The notes: a model not told the origin generated them from the sequence alone. DNA of 64,000 bases from an uncultured Thermodesulfobacteriaceae bacterium (GCA_964646435.1 CAZYEJ010000002.1:14897-78896); one strand, 5' to 3'; shown: positions 45,390 through 56,510, counted from the first letter of the stretch. Made by a program: numbers and translations.

Positions 45390-47975
45390 ATGCAACTTGA
45401 AAAATTCACAATGAAATCACAAGAGGCCCTGCAAGGGGCACAGAGCTTGGCCCAAAGCAAAGGGCATCAGCAAATCGAGCCCGAACATCTGCTTAAGACA
45501 CTGCTGAGCCAACCTAAGGGAATTGTAGCATCGGTCCTGAAAAAAATGGGGGTTGAAATCCAGGCCATTGAAGCCGAAGTAGATGAAGCTGTAAACAATC
45601 TTCCCCAGGTGAGCGGAGCGGGTCTGCAGGTCTATATGTCGTCCACGCTAAATCAGATACTGGAAAAGGCATTCGCCATTGCGGATAAAATGAAGGATGA
45701 GTATGTCAGCCAGGAACACCTACTTCTGGCCATCCTCGACGCATCCCATACAAAGGCCGGTCAGGCGTTGACAGGTCATGGAGTCAACAAGGATACCTTC
45801 CTGCAGGCCCTGGTATCCATAAGGGGTAGCCAGAGGATAACCGATCCTAACCCTGAGGAAAAGTATCAAGCACTTGAAAAATATGGAAGAGACCTCACCT
45901 CTTTTGCAAGATCAGGGAAGCTGGACCCGGTAATAGGTCGTGACGATGAAATTCGCAGGATCATGCAGGTACTGTCTAGAAGGACCAAGAATAACCCAGT
46001 CCTCATAGGTGAACCAGGGGTTGGTAAGACTGCGATAGTAGAGGGTCTGGCCCAACGAATAGTCTCCGGCGATATTCCTGAGACACTGAGGGACCGGCGC
46101 ATTATTGCCCTGGATATGGGGGCCTTGATCGCAGGGGCCAAGTTCCGGGGTGAATTTGAAGAACGGCTGAAGGCAGTCCTCAAGGAAGTAGCAGAACGGC
46201 AGGGCGAGGTCATCTTGTTCATAGACGAAATCCACACCATGGTGGGCGCCGGAGCGGCCCAGGGATCCATGGATGCCTCGAATATGCTGAAACCTGCCCT
46301 TGCCAGGGGAGAGCTCCACTGCATCGGTGCCACCACAATAGACGAATACCGCAAGTACATTGAAAAGGATACTGCGCTCGAAAGACGCTTTCAGCCAGTG
46401 ATGGTGAATGAGTCCAGTGTTGAGGACACCATTGCCATACTCCGCGGGCTAAAAGAAAAATACGAGGTGCACCACGGAGTACGGATAAAGGATTCATCTA
46501 TAATTGCAGCATCAACGCTGTCTCAGCGCTACATCACGGATCGCTTTCTCCCGGACAAGGCCATTGATCTTATAGACGAGTCGGCAGCAAAGCTGAGAAT
46601 CGAAATAGATAGCCTTCCAGCGGACATTGACGAATTAGAGCGCCGGAGCATGCAGCTTGAGATAGAACAAGAGGCCCTGAAAAAGGAAACTGATCCGGCA
46701 TCCATAGAAAGATTAGAGAAAATCAAACAGGATCTTGCCGACCTCAGAGAGCAGAGCGATTTGCTCAAGGCCCGCTGGCAGCAAGAAAAGGGAATTATTC
46801 AAAAAATCCGTGATATCAAGGAACGTATAGACCAGCTCAGGATCGACGCAGAAAGATTCCAGCGTGAGGGTGACCTGAACAAAGTGGCTGAGATCCTCTA
46901 CGGAGAGGTCCCAAAACTTGAAAAGGAGCTGAAAGAGGAACAGTCCCGGATAAAAAAGCTTCAGAAGGATGGCACCAGTATGCTCAAAGAGGAGGTGGAC
47001 GCTGACGACATTGCGGACATCATATCCAAGTGGACAGGAATACCGGTCAGCAAACTTCTTGAGGGAGAAAAGGAAAAGCTGGTCCACATGGAAAATCGCC
47101 TGAGCCAACGGATTATTGGCCAGGAAAAGGCCATACAGGCGGTATCAAATGCAGTCCGCAGGGCCAGGGCCGGTCTGCAGGACCGTGCGCGGCCTATTGG
47201 TTCCTTTATTTTTCTCGGACCCACAGGTGTTGGAAAAACAGAGCTGGCCAGGACCCTGGCTGAATTCATGTTCGATACTGAGCAGGCCATAATTCGTATG
47301 GACATGAGCGAATACATGGAAAGACACTCCGTCGCCAGGTTAATCGGTGCGCCTCCGGGCTATGTGGGATATGAAGAAGGGGGCTATCTCACAGAGGCCG
47401 TGCGGCGCAAACCCTATTCTGTTATTCTTTTTGACGAAATAGAAAAGGCCCATCCGGACGTATTTAACATACTGCTCCAGATCCTGGACGATGGAAGGCT
47501 TACTGACGGCAAGGGTCGTACTGTGAACTTCCGCAACACCATAATTATCATGACTTCCAACATAGGTACTGACCTGATTCAGGAAATCAAGGACCCGGAG
47601 GAGATAGAGCACAGGATGATGGACGCCCTTCGTCTCAGCTTCAAACCCGAGTTCCTAAACCGTGTGGACGACGTGATCATTTTTCACTCACTCAGCAAGG
47701 AACACCTGCAAAGTATTGTAGACATCCAGCTCAGCTATCTCAAGGACCGTCTGCAGGAGCATAATTACGAAATTGACGTAAGCAAAAGGGCAAAGGCATG
47801 GATAGCTGACGTAGGTTATGATCTTACATACGGGGCACGTCCTCTTAAGAGGGCCATTCAGCGCTACATTGAGAATCCTCTGGCCCTTAAAATCCTTGAG
47901 GGGACCTTCAAAGAGGGAGACGATATCCTGATAGAAATGGACGAAAATGGCCATGTGTCATTCCGAAAAAAATAA
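45390..47975 (+). CDS. clpB: ATP-dependent chaperone ClpB
   Basis: 861 aa with two AAA+ modules ('[15 protein letters not shown]' and '[15 protein letters not shown]') and a long middle coiled coil. Confidence 0.97.
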   Translation: MQLEKFTMKSQEALQGAQSLAQSKGHQQIEPEHLLKTLLSQPKGIVASVLKKMGVEIQAIEAEVDEAVNNLPQVSGAGLQVYMSSTLNQILEKAFAIADKMKDEYVSQEHLLLAILDASHTKAGQALTGHGVNKDTFLQALVSIRGSQRITDPNPEEKYQALEKYGRDLTSFARSGKLDPVIGRDDEIRRIMQVLSRRTKNNPVLIGEPGVGKTAIVEGLAQRIVSGDIPETLRDRRIIALDMGALIAGAKFRGEFEERLKAVLKEVAERQGEVILFIDEIHTMVGAGAAQGSMDASNMLKPALARGELHCIGATTIDEYRKYIEKDTALERRFQPVMVNESSVEDTIAILRGLKEKYEVHHGVRIKDSSIIAASTLSQRYITDRFLPDKAIDLIDESAAKLRIEIDSLPADIDELERRSMQLEIEQEALKKETDPASIERLEKIKQDLADLREQSDLLKARWQQEKGIIQKIRDIKERIDQLRIDAERFQREGDLNKVAEILYGEVPKLEKELKEEQSRIKKLQKDGTSMLKEEVDADDIADIISKWTGIPVSKLLEGEKEKLVHMENRLSQRIIGQEKAIQAVSNAVRRARAGLQDRARPIGSFIFLGPTGVGKTELARTLAEFMFDTEQAIIRMDMSEYMERHSVARLIGAPPGYVGYEEGGYLTEAVRRKPYSVILFDEIEKAHPDVFNILLQILDDGRLTDGKGRTVNFRNTIIIMTSNIGTDLIQEIKDPEEIEHRMMDALRLSFKPEFLNRVDDVIIFHSLSKEHLQSIVDIQLSYLKDRLQEHNYEIDVSKRAKAWIADVGYDLTYGARPLKRAIQRYIENPLALKILEGTFKEGDDILIEMDENGHVSFRKK

Positions 47976-48014
47976 GGGTCAGGGGTTATAAGTGCTAAGT
48001 TATTTTTTCATCGG

Positions 48015-48210
48015 ATGGACTAATGAACATCGAACGTCCAACATCGAATGCTGAATGGGGGAAAATGAAGAAACGGACTTATGGCTGGAAGAAAGGCTGC
48101 TTGAGTATACAGAAATAGCCGTTGAATGTTGGGTATCGGATATTTGTTTTTCACTCGACGTTGGACGTTCGATGTTCGACGTTTATCTTTCAAAATAATT
48201 CCATACGGCA
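48015..48210 (-). repeat. Repeat family A full copy: an about 157-bp inverted-repeat element nested in a shorter repeat
   Basis: The terminal inverted repeats are 'catcgaacgtccaacatcga' (48028-48047) and 'tcgacgttggacgttcgatg' (48155-48174). The flanks 'atggactaatgaacat' and 'ctttcaaaataattccatacggca' occur contiguously, in inverse orientation, at 54588-54628. Confidence 0.75.
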
Positions 48211-48416
48211 TAGATATAACACATGTGAACGCCCACAGAAAAAAGATCTGCAGAATTTTTGCTTTTGGATTAGTGCAAAAACGTTCGTTTCTGTTATAGT
48301 GGCCTTGATTTGTTGAATAACAATTTAAACGGCCTTGTCTTTCTCCGGCCAATGTGCGATTATTTGTAGCAATACCCCAATTCATAGATAAAAAACTTGG
48401 GAAAGGATGATGAATT

Positions 48417-48650
48417 ATGACGAGAACTAAAAGCAGGCCTTATACAGTAGATGATGTACGCCAAATCTACAAGAACTACACAAGCATGACCGCGGCTGAA
48501 ATCGCAGACGAACTCGGTATCAGCAAAGCTCAGGTCTCGAAAATCGTTACAGAGCTTCGAAGGCATGGAGTTGATCTACCAAAGAAAAAACGTGAAAATC
48601 CTGTTGAGATTTTTATCCGGGAGGAGCCCGGCCTTAAACTCAAATCTTAA
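48417..48650 (+). CDS. Small hypothetical protein with a predicted HTH
   Basis: 77 aa. 'MTAAEIADELGISKAQVSKIVTELRR' looks like a helix-turn-helix. I do not recognise a family. Confidence 0.4.
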   Translation: MTRTKSRPYTVDDVRQIYKNYTSMTAAEIADELGISKAQVSKIVTELRRHGVDLPKKKRENPVEIFIREEPGLKLKS

Positions 48651-48661
48651 TACATACTGAT

Positions 48662-48704
48662 AATTGAGGGATTGAGGTGCTTTTTTGATTCTAATCCCTC
48701 AATT
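48662..48704. terminator. Hairpin built from AATTGAGG octamers between convergent genes
   Basis: 'aattgagggatt' (48662-48673) pairs with 'aatccctcaatt' (48693-48704). The loop contains a T6 run. The right arm encodes the kinase C-terminus 'GIEELRD*'. Confidence 0.4.
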
Positions 48705-50538
48705 CCTCAATTCCTAAATTTTTACTCTCAGTGCCTTTCTGCTGGAAAAGCGGGAGCTTGACAATGACTATGGTCTGGCCGTCCTCGGTCCGGATATCGA
48801 TCTTTCCGTGGTTACCTTGCACAAACCGATAAATGATGTTTAAGCCACGGCCACTTACTTCACCTTTTTTGACCTGATCAATTTTTTCCTCTGGTATCTC
48901 TCCTGTATTTTTAATCTCGATACAGGCCAGGGTCTCCTCTATATAGCAGTGCATAGACAGAGCGCCTCCCTGTTTCGGGATGGCATTGACAGCGTTGTTC
49001 ATAAGATTATCCAGTACTCGTTCCAGACCAAACCGCGAACAATAGACTAATATCTCTGCTTCAATTTCCAGAGGCTCTATCCTGATGTATTTGCGCCATG
49101 ATTGCCGAATGGCTTCCTCGTTGAGGCGGAACCGCTCTCCGGCGATCTCACCAAGATCCAGAACTTCTTCCCGGCCCTCCAATCTCATGGCCATGGCCAT
49201 ATCCTGCATACGGACCGTCTCCTTAAAGATGATGTCCAGGTATGTGACCAGCTTGTTCCGTATCCCCTCAAGGTTTTCTGATTCCATTAGATTCCTGGCT
49301 CTGGAAGCAAATCCTGTGATGGCAATCGCCGGATTTTTGAAATCGTGCAGGATGTCGTCCAAGAGCTCTAACCGCAAGGCCTTCATGACTTCTTTTCCAA
49401 AAAAAGTCAGCAAATCAATCTCTTCATTCATAAAGGACGACTTCTGTTCCGTAGCATAAAAAGCCATCAGATAACGAGTGATCCCGTTGACCTTGAGAGG
49501 GATTATCAGGATGGAATAAATGTGATGCTTCTCAACAAATTCCCGCATACCTGAGCTGGTAAACCGACTTTTTTCAGGATCTTTGATCAATAGATAGGCG
49601 GGATCGATCCGCTCAAACGGCCGATCTCCGTATTCCGGCGCCCCGTAGATCGCGGTTTGGAAGTACGGGTGATGGCTCACTGTAAAGGTGTAGCCCAACT
49701 GGTGATACGTTTTGTCCAGGGGATACCCTGCCTCAACACGAATCAACTTCTGGTCCTTGGACACTGAAAACAGAGAACAGCTCTTGACCTGCAGATATGG
49801 CTCAAGCTTGGGGATCAGGTCCATGAACAGGTCCTTCAACTTGATCCCTTCCCGGTTACTCAACTTAATAAAAATCCTGTCTACTATCTTCTCCTTGTGC
49901 GCATTCAGCCTCTGTAAGGCCAGGATCTTCCTTTTGGCCAGGACATAGCTTACGCGGCGGGCCAGGAGCTCGGCATGAATGATCTCAAATGGATCAAACT
50001 CCCGGTTATCCTCCTTGTAATAAATTTGAAGGGAGCCGAGAACGTCTCTTTCCGAACCTGAAAACTTTGGAATTTGAAGAGGGACCGCCAAGCAGGAATG
50101 AAATCCTTTATCTTTCACGATGCTTTTAATCTTAAAGTACGGATCTTCAGGGAGGCTCGATATAGCGATGCTTCTGTTTTCCCGGACCACCCGTCCCGAG
50201 ATGGAATCCTTAGAAGGGATGGCAATTTTACATTCAGCCTCAGAAATTTGATATGTGCCGAGGCAGGTCATGCTCAGGGATTTGGGATCAAAAAGCCTTA
50301 TGGATGCAGCTTCGGCCTTAAGAATATTTGCGATTTTTTCCGCGGCAATCTCAAGGATCTTTTTTTCTTTAAGCCCGGAATCAATCTCAATAATTTCTTC
50401 AACATCGCGGATAATGCCGGAGAGGACTCCAACCAGATACTCCTGCTCGATAGAACGGGCCAGATCCAGACGCTCTGAATGAGTCAGATGCTGTAGCGAT
50501 GGACGGCTTTTGAGAAATTCGAAAAATTTTTCTTTCAT
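48691..50538 (-). CDS. Cytoplasmic GAF-domain sensor histidine kinase
   Basis: 615 aa with two GAF-like regions, an H-box 'ILHDFKNPAIAITGFA', and ATPase motifs 'NLMNNAVNAI' and 'GRGLNIIYRFV'. Confidence 0.8.
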   Translation of the reverse strand: MKEKFFEFLKSRPSLQHLTHSERLDLARSIEQEYLVGVLSGIIRDVEEIIEIDSGLKEKKILEIAAEKIANILKAEAASIRLFDPKSLSMTCLGTYQISEAECKIAIPSKDSISGRVVRENRSIAISSLPEDPYFKIKSIVKDKGFHSCLAVPLQIPKFSGSERDVLGSLQIYYKEDNREFDPFEIIHAELLARRVSYVLAKRKILALQRLNAHKEKIVDRIFIKLSNREGIKLKDLFMDLIPKLEPYLQVKSCSLFSVSKDQKLIRVEAGYPLDKTYHQLGYTFTVSHHPYFQTAIYGAPEYGDRPFERIDPAYLLIKDPEKSRFTSSGMREFVEKHHIYSILIIPLKVNGITRYLMAFYATEQKSSFMNEEIDLLTFFGKEVMKALRLELLDDILHDFKNPAIAITGFASRARNLMESENLEGIRNKLVTYLDIIFKETVRMQDMAMAMRLEGREEVLDLGEIAGERFRLNEEAIRQSWRKYIRIEPLEIEAEILVYCSRFGLERVLDNLMNNAVNAIPKQGGALSMHCYIEETLACIEIKNTGEIPEEKIDQVKKGEVSGRGLNIIYRFVQGNHGKIDIRTEDGQTIVIVKLPLFQQKGTESKNLGIEELRD

Positions 50539-50713
50539 ATAGCTATTATCGGAATAAAATTAGTGACAATATAGTTTCTATAAATAATAATCTAACAACC
50601 AAATTATAGAAATCAACTCTCCATGCAGATGTATAAAAAATAGCTCTTTGCAGTCCGGACATAATTAGACTGGGCAATGAATGCCCGATTAAAAAACAAA
50701 TGGCCTATGGAAG

Positions 50714-52849
50714 ATGAAGTCTGAATCCACCATGGAGCAAAATATCGAACATCCTGGGGATGATTCACTCAGTCTGCCCAGACAAGAGACAGATGAAATA
50801 CAGGCCATGCGGATAATTCTCCGCATGGCGGAAGCTGTAAGCCGGTGTATCTCTCAAGAGAAAACCTGTAAATGCGCCATAGACATACTCATCGAAGACA
50901 CGGATTTTGAGAACGCCTCAATTCTTCTCTACGACACAAAAAAAGATTGCTTGAGGCTAACGGCGGCCAAAGGTTTTTCTGAAATCCTGAAAATCCCTCA
51001 TAAGCAATCCTATCGCAACAACCTGGTATTTGAACGAGACGAGGGTATAGCATGGAAGGTTTTTGGATCGCAGACCCCTGAGTTCATAGAGAACAGCGCA
51101 AAGGAATCAATCCCTGTTAAACCCGGTTCGAAAGTCCAGCCTTGCAGTCTGGCCTGCCTGCCTCTATGGTCCATTGGTGTTCTCAACCTCAGCTCATCGG
51201 CTCCAAGGACTTTTTCTCCTTATAAAAGGCGTGATCTGGTAATTCTTTCCAACGTAATCGGTCGCCTTCTCCAGACAACAGAGCTTCATGAAAAATTTTA
51301 TGCCAGCCACCTGCACCTTCAACAGCTAGTTGAAGCCAAAAACAGCGAACTTCATCATGTCAAAAAGGAACTTAATGGCGCCATGGCATATATGGAATCG
51401 GTCATTGAAAATGCCCCACAGGGTATTTGTCTCTTAGATTCCGACGGTAATATGCAGCACGCAAATTCAAGTTTTCTTTCGATTGCAGGGTGTTCTCTTG
51501 AATATATAGCAGGTCATTCTCCAGCGAAATTATTTCAAGATAAAACCGATTATGCCAATTTGAGTAATTTGCTGCTGACCAGAGGTCTTGCCAGACTTAT
51601 TGACATAGACCTTTTGCGTCCGGATGAAACCACTGTACCTACCGACATCTTCCTGCACCCGTTAAGAGACCCCGAAGGCCAAAATCAGGGAAGCATGCTG
51701 GTGATCCATGACCTTACGGATCAAAAAATCGCTACGGAAAAATTGATTTATATTGAAAAACTAAGGGCTCTAGGTTCCATGGCTGGCGGAATAGCCCATG
51801 ACTTCAATAACCTCCTTACTACAATCCTTGGCAATGCACAGCTCCTGGCCATGGAAATAAAGGACCAAGGGGCTCTGCGCAAGGTCAGGAACATAGAGAC
51901 TGCTGTTAATGACGGGGCATTCACAGTCCGCAGACTGCAAACATTTACAGGTTTTAGTCAAAAACTTAAAAATAGGGGTCAAGCCTCAAACGTGAGTGAA
52001 GTGGTCAAAGATGCGATAGAGTTGACAAGACCAAAGTGGAAAGATGAAAGTGAGAAAAATGGTATTTTCATCAACACAAAGCTTGATCTCCATGACACAA
52101 GGCCTGTCTCAATGCATCCGGCGGAATTGCGAGAAATTTTAACAAACCTGATTTTTAACGCAGTAGATGCCATGCCCGAAGGTGGTATTATAACCATGCG
52201 ATCCCACGAAAAGGATTCCAAAGTAGTGCTGAAAATTGAAGATAACGGAATCGGCATATCTAAAGATATTAAAAAAAGGGTCTTTGATCCTTATTTTACC
52301 ACTAAGGATATTGGTAACTCCGGTCTGGGGCTCAGCGTTTCATTCGGGTTAATAGTACAAGCAAAAGGTACGATCAGTGTTGACAGCAAGGAGGGTAAAG
52401 GCACCACTTTCAAAATTGTTTTGCCCATTTCCGGAACGCAAGAGGTAAGCGTAGCTCCAACTGCAGAGAGCCCGGAAACGCAACCCCTGAAAATCCTTGC
52501 TGTTGATGACGAAAAGCAAATAGTGGATTTGTTGTCAATAATGCTTGACGGCTTAGGGCACAAGATAATAGGAGTATCAGATGGACAACAGGCCCTGAAC
52601 TTTCTGGATAAAGAAGATTTTGATCTTGTAATTACAGACCTGGATATGCCTGGGATAAGTGGCTTGGATGTTGCGACAAAGGCAAAAAGCAAAAGAGCCG
52701 GTCTGCCGGTTATCCTGGTTACCGGATGGAGCGCGGAATACGAATCAAAAGACCTGACAGGAGTCGGTATTGATGCTGTTTTGAGCAAACCCTTCAGGCT
52801 TGATGAGCTCAAGAATATCATCTCAGAGCAATGCGCAGAAAAAAATTAG
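50714..52849 (+). CDS. Hybrid sensor histidine kinase / response regulator (GAF-PAS-HisKA-HATPase-REC)
   Basis: 711 aa with 'GIAHDFNNLLTTILG', 'DNGIGIS' and 'GLGLSVSFG'. The receiver has 'ILAVDDE' and 'DLVITDLDMPG'. Confidence 0.85.
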   Translation: MKSESTMEQNIEHPGDDSLSLPRQETDEIQAMRIILRMAEAVSRCISQEKTCKCAIDILIEDTDFENASILLYDTKKDCLRLTAAKGFSEILKIPHKQSYRNNLVFERDEGIAWKVFGSQTPEFIENSAKESIPVKPGSKVQPCSLACLPLWSIGVLNLSSSAPRTFSPYKRRDLVILSNVIGRLLQTTELHEKFYASHLHLQQLVEAKNSELHHVKKELNGAMAYMESVIENAPQGICLLDSDGNMQHANSSFLSIAGCSLEYIAGHSPAKLFQDKTDYANLSNLLLTRGLARLIDIDLLRPDETTVPTDIFLHPLRDPEGQNQGSMLVIHDLTDQKIATEKLIYIEKLRALGSMAGGIAHDFNNLLTTILGNAQLLAMEIKDQGALRKVRNIETAVNDGAFTVRRLQTFTGFSQKLKNRGQASNVSEVVKDAIELTRPKWKDESEKNGIFINTKLDLHDTRPVSMHPAELREILTNLIFNAVDAMPEGGIITMRSHEKDSKVVLKIEDNGIGISKDIKKRVFDPYFTTKDIGNSGLGLSVSFGLIVQAKGTISVDSKEGKGTTFKIVLPISGTQEVSVAPTAESPETQPLKILAVDDEKQIVDLLSIMLDGLGHKIIGVSDGQQALNFLDKEDFDLVITDLDMPGISGLDVATKAKSKRAGLPVILVTGWSAEYESKDLTGVGIDAVLSKPFRLDELKNIISEQCAEKN

Positions 52850-52859
52850 TCCTGTGACT

Positions 52860-53582
52860 ATGCCTGACATCCACATAGGCACCAGTGGCTGGACTTATGA
52901 AAGCTTTGTTAAAAGACTTTATCCTCCAGAAACACCCAAAAGAAAATATCTTGAGATCTACTCAACAAAACTCCTCACTGTAGAGCTGAACGCATCCTTT
53001 TATCGCTCTTTTCCCCAAAGTACATGGGAAGGCTGGTACAGGCGTACTCCACCGGATTTCTTATGGGCAGTAAAGGCGCCACGTTTTTTCACACATATCA
53101 GACGACTGGATGTTTCACAGGATTCCATCGACAGGTTCTGGAATGACATAAAGCCGCTCAAAGAAAAGATGGGCGTGGCACTATTTCAACTCCCACCGTC
53201 TCTGAAGTTCGACAAAAATCTTCTTACAGGATTTCTGACAATGCAACCGCCGGGCACAAAGATCTCGCTGGAGGCCAGACATCCCTCCTGGCACAAGCCT
53301 CAGGTCTGGGATATATTGAGTAAGCAGAATGTGGCCTGGGTGGTCAGTGACACTGCCGGTCGCCACCCGATGAGTCTGGAGGTTACTGCAGACTTTGCCT
53401 ATGTGCGTCTGCACGGCGCCCATGAACTGTATCACGGCCTCTATGGAGAAAAAATGCTCCGCAAGTGGTTGGGCACAATCAGGGAATGGGGTATTGAAAC
53501 TTTTATATATTTCGATAATACTGACGATGGAAGCGCTGCAACAGACGCTTTATTGTTGCAAAAAATACTGGAGGAGAAATAA
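52860..53582 (+). CDS. DUF72 (YecE-like) protein
   Basis: 'IHIGTSGWTYESF' and 'TVELNASFYR'. The start is moved to ATG 52860, because the track ORF overlaps the kinase. Confidence 0.8.
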   Translation: MPDIHIGTSGWTYESFVKRLYPPETPKRKYLEIYSTKLLTVELNASFYRSFPQSTWEGWYRRTPPDFLWAVKAPRFFTHIRRLDVSQDSIDRFWNDIKPLKEKMGVALFQLPPSLKFDKNLLTGFLTMQPPGTKISLEARHPSWHKPQVWDILSKQNVAWVVSDTAGRHPMSLEVTADFAYVRLHGAHELYHGLYGEKMLRKWLGTIREWGIETFIYFDNTDDGSAATDALLLQKILEEK

Positions 53583-53583
53583 T

Positions 53584-54567
53584 GTGCTTAAGGTAATATC
53601 TACTACACTATTTTTCATATTTGTCTTTGCCTTTGTTTCAGAAAACTTTATTGATATTGCGGACGCAAGGGCCAGGGGCGGCGGCCGGTCCTTTGGCGGA
53701 AGCCGGTCATATTCCAGGCCCATGAAGACCAGTCCGACCAAACAGACCACAGCCCCCACATCCAGAACAAGCTCGACCCAAAGAGGCTCCAGCAGTTTTA
53801 TGCGAGGTCTCGGCGGAGGCCTGCTTGGAGGTTTTCTCGGCAGCATGCTCTTTGGCGGCATGGGCCACGCCATGGGGGGTGGTGTTGGCGGGAGCGGAAT
53901 CGGCCTTTTTGAAATCATACTGATTGGCGGTCTGCTATACTTCCTGTACAGACATTTTACTCGCAAAAAATCTTCCTCAATGTTTCACAGTACTCCAGGA
54001 TCATTCGGATCTGGCGGGGCTCATGCCCGCCACACACCCCCTGTTCCTCCGCCTACAAGCCGTCATGGAGGGCCTATGCCAGGGGGCTCGCCGGCCGGAA
54101 TAGATGCACCGCCACCTGACACTGTATCAGATGCTCTCAACATGATACGGATGTCAGACCGAAGCTTTGACGAGGAAAAATTCAAGGAGTTTGCTCAAGA
54201 CGTATTCTTCAAGGTGCAGGCCGGCTGGATGCGCCGTGATATCTCCACGATAGAACACCTTTTGGGGCCTGAGTTATCAGCAGAGTATATGAAACATTTT
54301 CAGGAGATGAAACAGAAAGGCCAGATTAACCGGCTGGAAAACATTGCAGTTAGAAAAGTGGAAATAGAGGATGCCGGTGTCGGCAAAAGCGAAGAATACC
54401 TTACCGTCTTCTTTACTGCCAATCTCCTCGACTATACTGTGGATGAATCCACAGACACGGTGATTGAAGGCAGCCAGACCGAGCCGGTCAAGTTTGCCGA
54501 AAAGTGGACTTTTGCACGCCCGGTTGGCAGTTTAGACTGGAAACTGATCGGCATTGTTCAAATGTAA
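53584..54567 (+). CDS. Tim44-like domain membrane protein with a Gly-rich region
   Basis: GTG start at 53584, after 'ggaggag'. It has a signal/TM 'VISTTLFFIFVFAF', Gly-rich low complexity, a second TM, and a C-terminal domain resembling bacterial Tim44-like proteins. Confidence 0.6.
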   Translation: MLKVISTTLFFIFVFAFVSENFIDIADARARGGGRSFGGSRSYSRPMKTSPTKQTTAPTSRTSSTQRGSSSFMRGLGGGLLGGFLGSMLFGGMGHAMGGGVGGSGIGLFEIILIGGLLYFLYRHFTRKKSSSMFHSTPGSFGSGGAHARHTPPVPPPTSRHGGPMPGGSPAGIDAPPPDTVSDALNMIRMSDRSFDEEKFKEFAQDVFFKVQAGWMRRDISTIEHLLGPELSAEYMKHFQEMKQKGQINRLENIAVRKVEIEDAGVGKSEEYLTVFFTANLLDYTVDESTDTVIEGSQTEPVKFAEKWTFARPVGSLDWKLIGIVQM

Positions 54568-54587
54568 GGGTTCACAGATTACATTTA

Positions 54588-54628
54588 TGCCGTATGGAAT
54601 TGTTTTGAAAGATGTTCATTAGTCCATT
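54588..54628 (+). repeat. Repeat family A 'empty' version (the flanks joined without the inverted-repeat element)
   Basis: 'gccgtatggaattgttttgaaagat|gttcattagtccatt' equals the two flanks of the 48-kb copy joined directly. Confidence 0.7.
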
Positions 54629-55292
54629 ACATTTCGGTTACTATTTTTTCGAGGACATCTTCCACGGTCAAATCGGAGGAGTCAATTACAATACAATCAG
54701 GGGCGGCCTGCAAAGGCGCGATGGACCGAGTTGAATCCGCCAGATCCCTGGCCTCAATTTGGGCCAGTATCTCTTCATATGCCACCTCCTCTCCCTGGTC
54801 CTCCATTTGCATCTTCCGTCGTCTGGCTCGCTCCCTTGCAGAGGCGGAAAGAAAAAATTTATGAACAGCTTTGGGGAAAACAACTGTGCCCATATCCCTG
54901 CCCTCTGCCACCAATCGACCCTGTCCGCCAAGCTCCCTCTGCATTCCGGTCAAATATTCCCTCACCACGGCAACCCTGGAAACCGCAGAAGAAAGCCCGT
55001 CCATTTCCGGTGTGCGAATAAGGGACGAGACATCCTCTCCGTTCACCAGGATATGGTCTCCCTGGAATCCCAGCTTCAGATCATTACATAGCTCTGCAAG
55101 GGCCTTTTCGTCTCCTGCATCCATGCCTTTTTGCCTGGCAGCCCATGCCACTGCCCTATACATGGCACCTGTGTCGAGATATGTGTATCCCAGACGCCTT
55201 GCCAGCTCTTTACTGACAGTGCTCTTGCCGGCGCCAGCCGGTCCATCAATGGTAATAATATTCAAACAGTCCATAAGAAATGAACTACCCAT
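54627..55292 (-). CDS. cmk: Cytidylate kinase
   Basis: 'ITIDGPAGAGKST' and 'YLDTGAMYRA'. The start may be the second ATG, at 55274. Confidence 0.9.
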   Translation of the reverse strand: MGSSFLMDCLNIITIDGPAGAGKSTVSKELARRLGYTYLDTGAMYRAVAWAARQKGMDAGDEKALAELCNDLKLGFQGDHILVNGEDVSSLIRTPEMDGLSSAVSRVAVVREYLTGMQRELGGQGRLVAEGRDMGTVVFPKAVHKFFLSASARERARRRKMQMEDQGEEVAYEEILAQIEARDLADSTRSIAPLQAAPDCIVIDSSDLTVEDVLEKIVTEM

Positions 55293-55438
55293 ATCCCTTT
55301 ACCTTTGCACAGTCAAGTTACAAGCAGCTTAGAAAAATTTGCACGAGCAAATCAGGTTTTGAATATGGTATAGTGAGCTTGACAACCAGGTAATGAGGTA
55401 TCCCTGATAAACTATGAACTATTTTCACGGTAAAAGCC

Positions 55439-56476
55439 ATGATTATTATCGACGGTTCCTATGGGGAGGGTGGAGGCCAGATTCTGAGGAGTTCACTGGC
55501 TCTTTCCATGATCACCGGTCAGGCTATTGAAATCCGGAATATCCGTGCCGGAAGGCCGAAGCCTGGCCTTCGTCCACAGCATCTAACTTGTGTAAAGGCT
55601 GCTGCCTCTGTATGCGAAGCTGAACTGGAAGGAGCTGAACTCAGCTCACAACGCCTGATATTTATCCCGGATAAGGTCAGGCCGGGACATTACAGCTTTG
55701 CCATAGGTACCGCTGGATCCATCATGTTGGTTTTACAGACCGTGCTCCTTCCATTAGCCCTTTCTCACAGTGCTTCAGAGATTACTTTGGTGGGCGGCAC
55801 CCATGTCCCATGGAGCCCGTGCTTTCACTATATCGACCTTATATTCAGACCTGCCGTGTCTGCCATGGGGATATCATTTGAAATGGAGCTTGAGAGATGG
55901 GGTTACTACCCAAAAGGAGAAGGGATAGTAAGGACAAGAATCTTGCCATCAAAAAAGCTCAGTGCCTTCAACCCTGTTTCCAAAAGAGAAGGGAAAATCC
56001 GCGTCAAGGCCATTTCCGCCACGGCCCGCTTGCCTGACCACGTCAGGAAAAGGCAGTCCGCACAAGCAAAATCTGTTTTGGAGGGCAGAGAAATCAAGGT
56101 TAAAATAGAAGAAATGGAGGGATCTGCTACGTGTCCAGGCAGCCTCTTGTTCTGTTGGATATCCGGCCAGGGGAGATATGGTGGTTTTACCGGACTGGGC
56201 GCAAAAGGCAAGCCTGCCGAGAAGGTCGCTGATAAAGCGGTTTCCGGGCTATTGGCCTTTCTGGATAGTGGTGCAGCCTGCGACAAATACCTTTCTGATC
56301 AGATGCTGCTTCCTGCAGTGCTGGCAGGCGGAGAAAGTCATTGGTCCATAAACTCCATAAGCAATCACCTTCACACAAACATGTGGGTGACCGAATGTTT
56401 TGGGCTTGGTAAGATAAAATTAGAGGAAAATAAAAAATTAAGCTTGATCAAATGTTATGGAACGGGCCTTGCGTAA
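55439..56476 (+). CDS. rtcA: RNA 3'-terminal phosphate cyclase
   Basis: 345 aa with 'IDGSYGEGGGQILRSSLALS' and 'RPKPGLRPQHL'. Confidence 0.9.
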   Translation: MIIIDGSYGEGGGQILRSSLALSMITGQAIEIRNIRAGRPKPGLRPQHLTCVKAAASVCEAELEGAELSSQRLIFIPDKVRPGHYSFAIGTAGSIMLVLQTVLLPLALSHSASEITLVGGTHVPWSPCFHYIDLIFRPAVSAMGISFEMELERWGYYPKGEGIVRTRILPSKKLSAFNPVSKREGKIRVKAISATARLPDHVRKRQSAQAKSVLEGREIKVKIEEMEGSATCPGSLLFCWISGQGRYGGFTGLGAKGKPAEKVADKAVSGLLAFLDSGAACDKYLSDQMLLPAVLAGGESHWSINSISNHLHTNMWVTECFGLGKIKLEENKKLSLIKCYGTGLA

Positions 56477-56510
56477 TTTCAGTGGTAACCGTTCACGGGT
56501 TCATAGGCCT

